Source: Mobula hypostoma
Lineage: Eukaryota
Reading direction: 5' to 3'
DNA length: 64,000 bases
NCBI RefSeq assembly: GCF_963921235.1
Contig: NC_086097.1
Span: 88,972,001 to 89,036,000 of the forward strand
Below the pieces are notes generated by a model. That model was not told the origin of the DNA, made no database searches, and saw only the letters and a list, made by a program, of their open reading frames with translations. Position numbers and translations under genes: made by a program. Below are positions 12,957-27,230 of this stretch, piece by piece. Each line of letters begins with the position of its first letter. Position 1 is the stretch's first letter.

Positions 12957-13299
12957 GTAAGAGCCTATGGAATAACATGTTTCCAGTTAGAGCCAGGAGC
13001 TCCTTAACTCCGTGGGCCACCATTAGTCATGGTACTTCCATCCTCACATCTTCTCACCAGCTGGAGCCCAGTGGAAGTGGATGGATACTTTGGGAGTTAA
13101 TTACTTCATCCTGGGCTGTCAGTCAAAGGTTTTTTTTTTAACTATCTCCATTATACTTTAGTATGTTTATAGTAAAAGATTTTAGAACATTGCTTTTTGT
13201 TATTTTTTTTCTGGGACTTTGTGTGCACCATTGTCTATCGTTTATCTTTAATTTCTAGTGTTGGTGCCTGACAAATCCTTTTTTTGGGCCAATTAAAGT

Positions 13300-14290
13300 C
13301 AAAGAGCACTACAGCACAGAAAACAGGCCCCTTGGCAGATCCACTCTGTGCTGAGCTCTGATTCTGTCTTGTCCCATTGACTTGCACCCGGACCATAGCC
13401 CTCCATACCCCTCCTATCCGTATACTTATCTAAGTTTCTCTTGAATTCTGAAGTCAAATCTGCATGCACCATTTCTGCTCATTCAGCACTCCCACTACCC
13501 TCGGAATGAAGAATTTCGCCCTCAGATTCCGCTTAAATATTTCATCTTTCATGCTTAAAGTATGACCTGTAGTTCTAGTCTCAGCCAACCTCAGTGGGAA
13601 AAGCATGTTGCATTTACCCTACATTAGATTAGATTAGATTATGAGGACACACAGTCCTCTCTTATTGTCATTTAGTAATGCATGCATTAAGAAATGAGAC
13701 AATGTTCCTCCGGTGTGATATCACAGAAACACAGGACAGACCAAGACTGAAAAACTGACAAAAACCACATAATTATAACATATAGTTACAACAGTGCAAA
13801 GTAATACCGTAATTTGATAAAGAATAGACCATGGCATGGTAAAAGTGTCAAAGTCTCTCGAAAGTCTCATCATCTCACTCAGACGGTAAACCTCCAGCGC
13901 TGCAAACTTGCCGATGCAGCATCCTGGAAGCATCCGACCACAGTCCGACTCCGAGTCCGTCCGAAAACTCCGAGCCTCCGACCAGCTGTCCGACACCGAG
14001 CACTGAGCACCATCTCTACCGAGCGCTTTGACCCCGGCCCCGGCAACAGGCAAAGTCGAGGATTTGGGGCCTTCCCCTCCGGAGATTCTCGATCGCACAG
14101 TAGCAGCGGCAGCGAAGAGGGCATATAAACCCCTCATAATTTTGTATGCCTCCCTCAGATCTCCCCTCATTCTCCTACACTATAAAGTCTTAAACTATTC
14201 ATTCTTTCCCTGTAACACAGGCCCTCAAGTCACGATAACTTTCCTGTAAATTTTCTCCGTACTATCTCAATCTTATTGATACATTGATAC
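13300..14290 (-). mobile_element. CR1 LINE 3' fragment interrupted by a younger element
   Basis: Minus-strand MRGDLREAYKIMRGL at about 14125-14170; CR1 sequence resumes at about 13624. Confidence 0.75.
13625..14123 (-). mobile_element. Non-autonomous non-LTR retroelement with (AATCT)n tail, nested in CR1
   Basis: CpG-rich body and a minus-strand tail gacaataagagaggactgtgtgtcctcataatctaatctaatct; splits the CR1 between tttaccct and aaacccctcataat. Confidence 0.6.
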
Positions 14291-14717
14291 ACAGGGTTGA
14301 AGGTTTAATTAGTAGATGAACCTCATATCTTTTCACATGAACAAATCCACCATGTCCGCACCCCCTTCCCCGTCCCATTCAATCATCAATATCACTTTGA
14401 AGCATTTGTTTTTTTTTCTTTCATCTTTATCAATAGGGGGCATTTTGATTCTGGACTAATGGGACAGAGGTAATTTCTCATGGTCTCACAGTCTGTGTTT
14501 GGAGGCAAAATAGGGTGGCAGGATGGAGATATGTCTCTACCAAAGGAGGTGTAAGATGCTCCTTCCCTCTGCTAGCCTGCTTTACAATGATGACCACATA
14601 TTATTTTCCTTGGAACATCACATCATGCCTCGTCTCCCAAAAGGTGTAAAACTGCAAGTTCTTTTTTTGCTTTTACAGAAGCAAAACCTGCTCAGTTGAG
14701 AGGGATAATCTGAAATT

Positions 14718-15040
14718 GAGTGGCGGGGTGGAGATCTTCCCTCTGCTAGCCTGCAGGTCACCCTTGGATGAGGTGTAGCACCTGCTTAGCCCTTCCCTTC
14801 CCCCCCACCCCACCCCCAATCAGGGGTGCCACCATGGGAGCAGGTGCTGGATGGTCGTATGAACAGGTGGGGCATATCACAAGTCCTGGTTATGTGACCA
14901 CCGACGCCAGGCAGAGAGTCTCTGAAAGACACTACCCAGAAGAAGGCAATGGCAAACCACTTCAGTAGAAAAATTTGCCAAGAACAGTCATGGTCATGGA
15001 AAGACCACGATCGCCCACGACATACAACGCGGCACATAGC
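14718..15040 (+). mobile_element. RTE-related bipartite SINE / non-autonomous RTE element
   Basis: Contains gaaggcaatggcaaaccacttc (RTE/Bov-A-type motif) and a 3' tail shared with the RTE LINE at about 17400-17795; partial copies of its head at about 14512-14580 (+) and 9070-9135 (-). Confidence 0.65.
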
Positions 15041-15414
15041 GAATGAACTGAACTTCTTTTCTAGTGTGATTGAGTCAGACAGTACAGAAGTCGGCTCTTC
15101 AACCTGCTGTGTCCGTGCTAACCATCATGTACCCATCCCTATGAATCTCATTTACCAGAGTTTGATCTGTGTTCACGTGCACATCTGGGTGAAGCACAGG
15201 TGTAAGCCTGCTGCGGCTCGTATGAGCACCACAGAGAAAGAAATAACAGTTAGTGTTGCACTAAGTAAGCTTGGTAACATCTCCTGCATAAATTCATCTT
15301 CGAGGATTTGATTATCTTGCCATTGCGCTTAACAGAGATATCAATGAATGGCCTGTACCTGTACTATGCTGAGCTCTCTTCAAATGACACTGCACGGTAA
15401 ATGGGATTAATGGT

Positions 15415-15770
15415 ATACAGAACGCCGAACAATGTGCTGGAAGAACTCAGCAGGTCAGGCGGAATCTGTAGGAGGAAAGGAATCGTCGATGTTTTGGGCC
15501 AAAATCCTGCATCAAGACTAAGTACAGAGGCTAGATATCCAGTATAAAGAGAAGAAGGGGAGTGGTGATAAGGTTTCTGAGGAGATTGGTGGACTGAGGA
15601 GGGGTGTATGATGAATGGCAAGGGAGGGGAGCAGGGGAACTCGAAACGTCGACATTTCCTTCCCCACCCCCACCCCCACCTCACTGGTGCTGCTTCACTC
15701 ACTAACTTCCTCCAGCAGATTGTTTTAAGCCCCATATTCCAGCATCTGCAGTCTTTGTGTTTCTCCAGCA
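15415..15770. repeat. Head-to-head Penelope-like termini (decayed hammerhead motifs)
   Basis: gtgctggaagaactcagcaggtcaggc...gtcgatgttttgggccaaaatcctgcatcaagact (minus) and cgaaacgtcgac...cttcctccagcag...ccagcatctgcagtc (plus). Confidence 0.6.
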
Positions 15771-15931
15771 TAGGTGTTACCAACCTCTTTTTGTACCCTG
15801 GACCAATATCATTAAGCAAGGGTCCACTTGGGAACCCCTGATCTAGCAATTTACTTTCATGGACTCTTTCCCCAATACTTCAGCTGCATCCCATACATCA
15901 TTCTGGGTCCCAGGCTGCAGTTTTGGAATAA

Positions 15932-16213
<282 letters not shown>

Positions 16214-16799
16214 TAAATCACTCTCAAGCAATCCTCATAGCCAGCCTTGTTCATTAAAGGAGACTTGAAGGATGAGTGTACAATGCGGGCACTGAACTGT
16301 TGTCAAATTAAATCCTAAACAGAGTGTCACTGGAACACTGGAGTGTTTGAAAGAAAACTGTTAGGATCAGAAACAAATTTCACAAATTTGCTTGGCAAAT
16401 TTAACAAATTTCATGACATATGCTGGTGATATTAAACCTGATTCTGATTCTGTAATTCTCATGTCAGGCATAGTTTGTGGGGAGAGAAACAGAGACAATG
16501 TTTTTGGTCCAAGACCTTTTGCTAGAAGTGAGTGTTTCTTCCTTTCAAAAAAGTAACAGCAATTTGTAAATTGAGTCCTTCTCTTCCATTATGATTAAAG
16601 GCTTTACACAACTCCTCCTGTATCTTAAAGTTTTCATCCCTTCTTAAAGATTCCCCTTCACTTTCAAATTTCATCAGGCAAGGTTACTCTGACTTAAAGG
16701 CTTTATACACCAGACTTGTATTATCAGTTTAGCAATATTACGCTTGAAACCATCCCTTAAAATGTTACCAATGTGTTCATTATTTGGAAGATTTTGTGT

Positions 16800-17165
16800 A
16801 CCCTTCAACCATCAGGTTCCTGAACCAGTGTGGTAACTTCATCCACCCTAATGCAGAACTGCTACGACAACCTATGAATTCACTTTAAGAACTTCACAAC
16901 TCATGTTCTCAGTAATGATGTATCTATCCATCTGTCTGTTTGTTTATTTTTACACATTGCTATTATTATTATTTGTTCCGTTTTCATATTTGTCCAGTTG
17001 TCTTCTTTTGGTTATTGGTTGTTTGTCAGTATTTTGTATGTAGTTCTTCCATTGACTCTATTTTTGTTCTGCTGTGAATGCCTGCAAGAAAATAAATCTT
17101 GTGATAGTATATGGTGACAAACAGTATATGTACATTGACAATAAATGTACTTTGACCTTTGATGT
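16800..17165 (+). repeat. Rex1/Babar-like LINE 3' UTR fragment
   Basis: cccttcaaccatcaggttcctgaacc...gcctgcaagaaaataaatct...aataaatgtactttgacc, similar to the tail at about 31440-31775. Confidence 0.65.
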
Positions 17166-17399
17166 TAGATTATCCACAACCCAATTTTCCAAGCCTCAGC
17201 GTTCCTAACGGTCACCTCTACACAACCTCCACCCAACTCCACCCTTAATCTTCAATTCCAAAAGTCTTTCCACAAGCTTTGTTTTGTAGTCAAAATGCAG
17301 TGATAGAATTGTGATTAACAGCATAGTAAATGTAACATGCAGCGGGCTGATTTAATGAACGGAGCTTAAGTAAGAGTTTTATTTACTTTCTGGATCTGG

Positions 17400-17795
17400 A
17401 GATACAGAAGTGAATGCTGGACAATGTCAGAGCAAAATGAGGGCAGACTCGAAGCTGCAGAAATGTGTTTTTTGAGAAGATTGATGAAACTATTGTGGAA
17501 GGACAGAGTAACAAATGGGGAAGTGTTGCAAAACGCCAGAATAAGAAGAGAGCCGCTATCTTCAATCAGGAAACTGCAGCTGGAATTTCTGGGACATGTA
17601 CTGAGGAACGAGAAGCTCGAACATCTTGCAGTGACGGGAAAAATTGATGGAAGAAAAAGTCATGGTGGACAGTGCACGATATTCATGAGTTATATCAAGG
17701 GATGAACAAAAGTTTTGAAAAGCTTATTAGAACTTCTCGGAAAAAAGACCATGATCATTCATGTCATACGACACGGCACATAATGATGATAATGG
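17400..17795 (+). mobile_element. RTE-clade LINE 3' fragment
   Basis: LEAAEMCFLRRLMKLLWKDRVTNGEVL...QLEFLGHVLR...GKIDGRKSHG is a typical RTE ORF C-terminus; ends in an (ATG)n tail. Confidence 0.85.
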
Positions 17796-19010
17796 GCATT
17801 TATCGACCAATAGATTTGCCCTTGAGAAGCGGTGGTGAGTTGTCTACACTGCCGTTGTTCTGGTTAGGAGACTCCCACTGTATTGTTGGAAAGATGGTTC
17901 CATGGTCAGACCCAGTGATGCTGAAGGACTGGTGTTATATTTCTAAGCCGGAGTGATGCACAGTTTGGAGGATAACCTGCAGTTGTTGGTATTCCCATGC
18001 ACCTGCTGCTCTTGACCTTCTTGATAGAGGCTGCAGACTTGGGAATTGCAGATGGAATATTCTGAATGAATTTCTACATTGTGTAGACTTTGCACACTGC
18101 AGCAAATATATAGAGTTTGTAGAGCTAATGGAGCCATGGGTGCTGGGTATGCTTCAGGCAAGAAGCAACTTGATCCAGGATGGTGTTGAGCTTCTGAAGA
18201 GTTTTCCAGGCAAGTGGAGAATATTCTATCACACTCCTAACTTTTGACAGTGGAGGGGTGTTTGGTGGCCAATTCTAACCAAACCAAATTGCCGCTGCTG
18301 GCGACCCCCGTGGATTTGTTGTACTTGTATGATGTGCCCTCAGCACCAATAATGATTGTTACAAAAGTCAAACCCTTTATTCAAGCCTCTATTAGCAATT
18401 GGCAAACATATGAACTTGAAGCAATGGAACTTAAGCATACCCAAGTGTAAGTTAAGCATAATAGAGCGGTCAACAGAAGATATGATATCTGTTGGACCCC
18501 AGCTACAAACTGCCACAAACAAAGCATGAAGATGTAACTTACTGCCTTCGCTTTGACCATGCCCCCAATCATGTGATTAGTTACTGTAATGAACACAATA
18601 AATGTGCAACCTAGAATACACTGGAGATAGAGAACAGGTGCATGGCTCCTACATGGTGTCGGAAGGTAGATCACTCACCAGAGAATATCTAAGCTCTGAC
18701 TTGCTCTTGTAGACACAGTTGTTATGGGGTTGGTCCAGAAGAGTTTCAGGTCAATGCAGTAAATATTGATGATATGGAACTTAGCTTCAGTAATGGCATT
18801 GAACATCAAGGATAGATAGTTGGTCCTCTCAATTGGAGACGTATGTCTCTGGCACTTGGGTGTTACTTACCATGGGTTAGTTCATGTCTGAATGTTGTCT
18901 GGGTCTTGCTTCATGCAGCCATGGGCAGCTTCATTGCTGAGGAGCTACAAAAAGGAATTTAACAATGTGATGAAAGAATTACAGGCATATACTGAATTCA
19001 GTGAACTGAC
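17795..19010 (-). mobile_element. Old decayed LINE (L2/CR1 group) fragment
   Basis: Heavily degraded; gcccttgagaagcggtggtgag and ccatgcacctgctgctcttgaccttc motifs resemble L2/CR1-group 3' regions; no long ORF. Confidence 0.4.
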
Positions 19011-19044
19011 ATCGTAACCACTTCTGATACGTGGCTGGAGGATT

Positions 19045-19300
19045 GGGCAGCACAGGAGTGTAGTGGTTAGCAGAATGCTTTACAGTTCCAGTGTCCCTGG
19101 TTCAATTCCGGTAGCTGCCTGTAAGGAGTTTGTACGTTCTCCCCGTGACCACATGGGTTTCCTCCAGGTGCTCTGGTTTCCTCCCACAGACCAAAGACAA
19201 ACCAGTTGTAAATTGTCCCGTGATTAGGCTAGGGTTAAGTAAGGGGTTACTGAGTGTCATGGCTCAAAGGGCCAGAAGGGCCGATTTCAAGCTGTATGTT
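19045..19300 (+). mobile_element. tRNA-derived V-SINE (HE1-like)
   Basis: A/B-box-like head (gtgtagtggttagc...ggttcaattcc) and V-domain ggagtttgtacgttctccccgtgacc...gggtttcctccaggtgctctggtttcctcccaca. Confidence 0.85.
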
Positions 19301-19399
19301 AGTAAGATAAAAGATAAATAATAAATATAAAATATAAAAGATAAAAGATAAATAATAAATATCCTGGGTTTTAACATCCACAGAAAAGGTAGGGGAATT

Positions 19400-21255
19400 A
19401 GAAACATAGAAACAGAGAAAACCTATTGCACAATACAGGCCCTTCGGCCCACAATGCTGTGCCAAACTTTAAAATTTACCTAGGGTTACCCATAGCCCTC
19501 TATTTTTCTAATCTCCATGTACCTATCCAGGAGTCTCTTAAAAGACCCTATCGTATCTGCCTCTACCACCATCGCTGACAGCCCATTCCATGCACTCACC
19601 ACTCTCTGGATTAAAAAAACTTATCTCTGACATCTCCTCTGTACCTACTTCCAAGCATTTTAAAACTGTGCTGTCTCATGTTAGCCATTTCAGCCCTGGG
19701 AAAAAGCCTCTGACTATTCACACAATCAGTGCCTCTCATTATTTTATACATCTCTGTCAGGTCACCTCTCATCCTCAGTCGCTCCAAGGAGAAAAGGCCA
19801 AGTTCACTCAACCTATTCTCATAAGGCATGCTCCCCAATCCAGGCAACATCCTTGTAAATCTCCTCTGCACCCTTTCTATAGCTTCCACATCCTTCCTGT
19901 AGTGAGGCGACCAGAACTGAGCGCAGTACTCCAAGTGGGGTCTGATTAGGGCCCTATATAGCTGTAACATTACGTTTCTGCTCTTAAACTCAATCCCACA
20001 GTTGTTTAAGGCCAATGCACCGTATGCCTTTTTAACAACACTGTCAACCTGTGCAGCAGCTTTGAGTGTCCTATTGACTTGGACCCCACAGTCTTACCAT
20101 TAATACTATATTCTGCCATCATATTTGACCTACCAAAGTAAACCACCTCACACTTATCTGGGTTGAGCTCCATCTGCCACTTCTCAGCCCAGTTTTGCAT
20201 CTTATCAATGTCCCGCTGTAACCTCTGACAGCCCTCCACACTATCCACAACACACCCAACCTTTGTATCATCAGCAAATTTACTAACCCATCCCTCCACT
20301 TCCTCATCCAGGTCATTTACAAAAATCACAAAAAGGAGAGGTCCCAGAATAGATCCCTGAGGCACACCACTGTTTACCGACCTCCGTGCAGAATATGACT
20401 CTTTTACAACCACTCTTTGCCTTCTGTGGGCAAGCCAATTCTGGATCCACAAAGCAATGTCCCCTTGGATCCCATGCCTCCTTACTGTCTCAATAAGCCT
20501 TGCATGGGATACCTTATCAAATGCCTTGCTGAAATCCATATACACTAGATCTACCGCTCTACCTTCATCAATGTGTTTAGTCATATCCTCAAAAAATTCA
20601 GTCAGGCTTGTAAGGCACAACTTGCCTTTGACAAAGCCATGCTGACTATTCCTAATCATATTATGCCCCTCCAAATGTTCATAAATCCTGCCTTTGAAGT
20701 AAGACTCACTGGGGTATAATTTCCTGGGCTATCTCTACTCCCTTTCTTGAGTAAGGGAACAACATTCGCAACCCTCCAATCCTCTGGAACCTCTCCTGTC
20801 CCCATTGATGATGCAAAGATCATTGCCAGAGGCTCAGTAATCTATTCCCTCACCTCCCACAGTAGCCTAGGGTACATCTCATCCGGTCCCAGAGACTTAT
20901 CCAACTTGATGCTTTCCAAAAACTCCAGCACATCCTCTTGCTTAATGTCTATATACTCATGCTTTTCAATCTTTTAAGTCATCCGTACAATCACCAAGAT
21001 CCTTTTCCGTAGTGAATACTGGAGCAAAGTATTCATTAAGTACCTCTGCTATGTACCCCAGTTCCAAACACACTATTCCACTATCACACTTGATTGGTCC
21101 TATTCTCTCACGTCTTATCCTCTTGCTCTTCACATACCTGTAGAATGCCTTGGGGTTTTCCTTAATCATGCCCGCCAAGGCCTTCTCATGGCCCCTTCTG
21201 GCTCTCCTAATTTCATTCTTAAACTCCTTCCTGCTAGTCTTATAATCTTCTAGAT
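19400..21255 (-). mobile_element. CR1 LINE, 5'-truncated, fairly young RT region
   Basis: ORF 20006-20674 has QHGFVKGK, YMDFSKAFDKV, SGVPQGSILGPLLF and KFADDTK; tail gaaacatagaaac at about 19400. Confidence 0.95.
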
Positions 21256-21469
21256 CAGTGGTCCCTAATGCTGCAAAGCATGTGCTACTGGGCCGCAAGG
21301 AAACGATATGATTTGGCAATACGAAATGATATGAGTCAGCTGCACCTTTCCTCATTTCCTGTCACGCACTGTTGAACTTGAACACCCCCCCCCCCCCCGT
21401 CGGCTGGTCCGCAAGAATATTGTCAATATTAAAACCGGTCCGCGGTGCAAAAAAAGGTTGGGACCCCTG
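21256..21469. mobile_element. hAT-Charlie-like MITE
   Basis: Ends cagtggtcccta... and ...ccggtccgcggtgcaaaaaaaggttgggacccctg are Charlie-type termini; no matching TSD. Confidence 0.75.
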
Positions 21470-21479
21470 TAACTCTCAT

Positions 21480-22860
21480 TAACTTGTTGGTCGTGGCCTT
21501 AATTATTAAGGGTGTTATCCTTTGAATAACAAGAGGATTTAACAATGCAAGGCACAAGCAAAGACAGTTGAGTAGAATTAGAGAAATAGGAATTGAATTA
21601 CGCTTCAGAGTTTGAGAGCTGTAAGATAGTATAATGCATATATTCAAAGATTAGACAAGCAAAGATAATTAGTTTTAATGGAGACTATTTTCTCAATGAG
21701 ACAAGTTGGGACAAACTGAAAAGTAGGATAGATTTTTAGTAAAAAAATATACCAAACACAGTCATGGGCAGGCTATACTGAATTTGGTAATGAGCGGTGA
21801 ACCTGGTTTTCTTAATATTCTAACAGTGCATGAGTATTTATGTACTACTCATCATAATATTGCTGAATTCAATATAGTGTTTAAAAGAAAGAAATTTGTA
21901 ACAGGTAACAGAAATCGAGATTATAGCAAGACTGATTTCAACCCCACATGACATACACAGTCTATGTAAATGAAGCAATGCTATGCATGGGTATATGATG
22001 GCAGATCAGCAGAGTATTTCGAAAGAACATTTGATTCAACATCGAAGGAGGGGCAGAAAAAGATCAGCCATGGATATGCAAAAGGCAAGAATCAACAGAA
22101 AAATACAAGGAAAAGCATGAATAGCTCAGGTTATAAAATTATTGTACAATTACTGGAAATACAAAGAACAAAGTGACATGGAATACAAGAGATTCTACAG
22201 ATGCTGGAATTCCAGACTAACACACTCAAAATGTTGGAGTAACGCACACAAAATGTTGGAGTAACACACACAATCCAGAGTAACACACACAAAATGTTGG
22301 AATAACACAAACAATCCAGAACAACACACACAAAACATTGGAGGAACTCAGCAGGTCAGGCACCATCAATGGAAAAGAACAAACAGTCGATGTTTTGGGC
22401 CAAGACACTTCTTCAGGACTGGAAAGAATGGAGAAAGAAGCCAGACTAAGAAACTGGGGGGAGGAGAAGAACTACAAGCTAGAAGATGATAGGCAAAGCC
22501 CGTGACATGGAAGATGTGTACAAAAAGGAGAGAAAGAACTTACAAGGAGTATTAAACTCAGTGCCCTTTGTGTAGGAGTTATAGTACAGAAAAGAAGGGT
22601 GTTAAGTATTATGGCCCCTTTGAGATCTGTTAAGAGTGATGTTGTGAATGACATTAAGGAAACACTGGTAACATTTGAGGGAAAAGGTAGGATTGTAAGG
22701 AAGCCAGTGTTGACCCGGGGTAGTTTGGCGAAACCTCTGAGAAGTATTGCACCAGAGCTGAGGCACGTCAGATGCAATGTCGTACCATAGCTCCTCTGCC
22801 TTTACAGAGACAGTTGAAAATCTCAACAGTGTAGGAGCAGGGGAATTTGACCAACATAAT
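21480..22860 (+). mobile_element. Very old decayed CR1-like ORF2 (endonuclease region) interrupted by a PLE terminus
   Basis: Purine-rich degenerate coding-like sequence with many stops (gggcaggctatactgaatttggta, atcataatattgctgaattc); weak recognition only. Confidence 0.35.
22185..22520 (-). mobile_element. Penelope-like element terminus with tandemly amplified end and decayed hammerhead (22384-22421)
   Basis: Reverse complement CAGTC-CTGAAGA-A-GTGTCTTGGCCC-AAAAC-ATC-GACTG; tandem units at 22219-22343. Confidence 0.75.
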
Positions 22861-22884
22861 TAAGACAGATAACACAGTGATTAA

Positions 22885-23530
<646 letters not shown>

Positions 23531-23759
23531 TAAACAAATAGATATGTGTTTATTTTCATCATTTCACAACCCCAGAATCATGGTAAGCTCCTTAAGTGAA
23601 AATTTCATTTCACTGGTAAAGAGTAGGAAACTCTTACTTTGAACTTGGTCAGATCCTCCAAGTATATTTATGATAATGATTCGATAATTGATCTATTGGT
23701 GACAACTGATGGTGAAAGAATGGTTGGACCCAAGGAGGGCTTCGTTGCTGTTCTAAGTG

Positions 23760-24078
23760 AAACATAGAAACATAGAAACATAGAAAATAGGTGCAGGAGT
23801 AGGCCATTCGGCCCTTCGAGCCTGCACCGCCATTTATTATGATCATGGCTGATCATCCAACTCAGAACCCCGCCCCAGCCTTCCCTCCATACCCCCTGAC
23901 CCCTGTAGCCACAAGGGCCATATCTAACTTCCTTTTAAACATAGCTAATGAACTGGCCTCAACAGTTTGCTGTGGCAGAGAATTCCACAGATTCACCACT
24001 CTCTGTGTGAAGAAGTTTTTCCTAACCTCGGTCCTAAAAGGCTTCCCCTCTATCCTCAAACTGTGACCCCTCGTTCTA
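23760..24078 (-). mobile_element. Young CR1 3' end fragment
   Basis: (AAACATAG)n tail; minus ORF KPFRTEVRKNFFTQRVVNLWNSLP...GYGGKAGAGF; same subfamily as 59040-61030. Confidence 0.92.
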
Positions 24079-24079
24079 G

Positions 24080-24908
24080 AAAGCCAAGGGATCTTTTGCC
24101 GTCCAGCTCCAGAGAGGTGTGCGGCCTCAGTTTAATGTTGTATCAGCAGGCTCATGGAACACGTCCACCTGCAGCTTCCCCTCCAGTTCGTGCACCGTCC
24201 ACACCTGGAAAAGCTGGGGTCGCCTGTTGTGTCCGGTGCTCTGATGTGTCCTCTACATTGGTGAGATCCATTGTAAATTGGCCGGGGGAGGGGGGGGGGC
24301 TGTTCCATCAAGCACCTCCCCTCCAATTGTCAAATGCAGAACCTCCTGGTGGCCAAACATTTTAATTCCCATTCCCATCCCTATGCCAATGTGTCGATCC
24401 ATGGCCTTCCCTTGTGCCAAGATGAGTCCACCTTCAGGGTGGAGGAGCAACACGTTATATTCCATCTGGGTAGCCTCCAACCTGATGGTATGAATTTTGT
24501 TTTCTCCTTCCGGGGTGAACAAATTCCACCCCCTCCCCTTCCTCTATTCCCCACTCTGACCTTTCACTTCTTCTCACCTGCCTATTACTTCCCTCCTGGG
24601 TCCCCTCCTCCTTCCCTTTCTGCTGTGGTCCACTCTCCTCTCCTATCAGATTCCTTCTTCTCCAGCCCTTGACCTTTCCTACTCACTTGGCTTCACCTAT
24701 CACCTTCCAGCTAGCCTCTCTCCCTCCCCCCCCCCCACCATCTTATTCTGGCATCTTTCCCCTTCTCAGACCTGAAGAAGGGTCTTGGCTCGAAATGTCG
24801 ACAGTTTACTCATTTCTGTAGATGCTGCCCGACCTACTGAGTTCCTCCAGCATTTTGTATGTGTTGTTTTGGATTTCCAGCATCTGCAGGCTTTTTTCAT
24901 GTTTGTCA
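24080..24908 (+). mobile_element. Penelope-like element remnant (GIY-YIG fragment plus terminus with hammerhead motif 24767-24804)
   Basis: VACCVRCS..ctctacattggtgag (LYIGE) and LVAKHFNSHSH...EQHVIFHLGSLQPDGMN are GIY-YIG remnants; CTGAAGA...GAAATGTC core present but stem I mismatched. Confidence 0.85.
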
Positions 24909-25239
24909 TTGATATCCTTTTTATTGTTCTGAAACTCCCTCCCCAGCTATACTGTGGGAGTACCTTTTTCGAAAGGACTGCAGCTCAGAGGCAAGTGGGG
25001 ATGGGTAACAACACTGACTTTGCCAGTGCTATCAACATCTCGAGAAAGTCAGGAGATTATCCTTGTATTTCTGGATACGGCCATGATTCCGAACTCTTCT
25101 GACTCCAAGTACTACCCACCATATGTATCTGATCAGAAATGTTTAGTCTATTGATTGGACTTGAAAATAATAAAACTTGACAGAAAACGGTTTGTTTTGC
25201 TGGAATTTGGCTGATGTTCAGGGGTCTGCCCCTAAATGA

Positions 25240-25401
<162 letters not shown>

Positions 25402-25920
25402 TGACTTGTTCACAGCAATCTACAGACTGAAGAGAGATCAAAACTGACAGAGTGACTTGCAGTGATGGACACCTGTCAGTCAGCAATCCTTCATGAGTGG
25501 CATCCGATTGGACACAACTCAACTGTTGGGCCCGGTGTCGCAGTATGTTCGGGTTTAGTTTCAGCCTTTGATTAGAGTTACACCGAAGTGTTACAAAAGC
25601 CAATAGAATGGTTCGAGGTGGAAAATTGAGGTTATGCTTAAGGATTAAAGTAAGGCATCAGGGTAGTATCAGATGTTACAATTAAAAATTAAGATTAAGC
25701 TTGGGTTTTATCATTAGAGTTAGAAAGTCAGGCGCTTATGTTTGAAGGATTTTAGGAGATGGGTTTCAGATTTGGAGTGATGCTGTGTTTTAAAGGTTTT
25801 GGATTAGGGTCTTAGTTTTAGAATTATTGTTGGTTTTAGAGGTTAGGGATAACTCTCAAAAGGCTCTCTCTATGTCACTGATTTAAAATAAGCATCAGCT
25901 GACGTGTATCCCTTCATATA

Positions 25921-26524
25921 CAGTGGATTCTGGTTATTTGGGACACATTGGGAATAGTGCATTTTGGCCCAGTTAACTGAAGTTTCATGGAAATAGTTAG
26001 AAAGGTATAAAAAAGACAAACTACTGTTTAACTGAGTAACAAACAATGTATTTATATGAAATACAGAACAAATTAGAACACATGCAATACTACTACAGTA
26101 ATAGAAAATTGTGTACTAGTTCCTAAAGCTATTGGCGAAGGAATTCGTCCAGTGTACGCTGCCATGTAGGGTAATTTTTTTGACTAGTTCATATCTTTTT
26201 GTGGCACCTTGGCAGGGGTCTGAAATTTTTTTAAGTCAAAATAAAAAAATAGAACTATCAAATATCACTGCTTTTTGAATTGGCGTCTGCCAGCCGAAAT
26301 GAATACCATAACACAAGCACACACAACTGATACTATTTAAAACCTGTTTGTTCTAAGTATGGTGTAGCGTCTAATAAAGGGTGTTAGGCAACTGTCTCCT
26401 GTCCCAATTAAACAGCATTGTGTCCCAAATAAACAAAGGGGATCCCACCTATTTTCTTGTTTGGTTTTTGTTCTTTAAGAATTGTCCCTAATAAACAGCT
26501 GCCCCAGTTAATAGGAATTCACTG
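25921..26524. mobile_element. Tc1/mariner-pogo (Tigger-like) non-autonomous DNA transposon
   Basis: Imperfect TIRs cagtggattctggttatttggg / cccagttaataggaattcactg, flanked by TA on both sides. Confidence 0.75.
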
Positions 26525-27230
26525 TATTCCTGGAGTCCTCTATTTGCCAGTCCTGATTAAGGTCTTGGCCCAAAATGTTGTCTGTCTGTTTCCCTCCATT
26601 GATGCCCGAGCTTCTCATTCCTTCAGCTTTATTTGTGATTTGCTGCATATGTTTGGGGTGGTTTGCCATCATGAATAGACCAAGATCATGGGCACGGCAG
26701 AAAAGCACTGTTTGTAGACTGTGTAAGACTCCTGTCCATAATTCCTTTCACTCCATTTGAACTAGTAGTCAGCGGGCTTCTTCACTGTTGCCCTTAAATG
26801 TGCTCACTGAATTAGAAGTGCTTGTCATCCTGCAGTGGAATGGTTGGTTCTCACAGAGCTGTTCACTGAATATTGTATTCAGAATGCAACAGCTCTGAGC
26901 CCAAGGTAAGGAGGACTGTGGATAGTCAGTCTTTCTTTTCCAGAAGGTCAGTAACTAAGCTGTACTAAAATAAAATATTAAGAATTCTGTTTGGAGACTG
27001 GAAAATTAGGAAAACAAGGAGCATCTCCCTCCTAAAAAAAATGTGGTAGAGGAACATACAACTGCAGCATTTGAAATACATTTGGATAGGTACATGGATA
27101 GATAAAAGTCTAGTAGACAGGACAAACACAAAGTGCAGGGGGAACTCAGTAGGTCAGAAAGCATCTATGGAGAGGAATAAGCAGACCATGTTTTGGGCCG
27201 TGATGCTTCATCAGGACTTAAGCTTTAGAG

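Noticed and set aside
19045..19115. tRNA-like sequence with A and B boxes
   Set aside because: It is the head of a V-SINE and does not form a full cloverleaf.
22219..22343. Repeat-spacer-like pattern resembling a CRISPR array
   Set aside because: Eukaryotic DNA, no unique spacers, no cas genes; the units derive from a PLE terminus.
25620..25850. TTAGGG-like interstitial telomeric sequence
   Set aside because: Only scattered degenerate ttagg/ttaga motifs; no tandem array.
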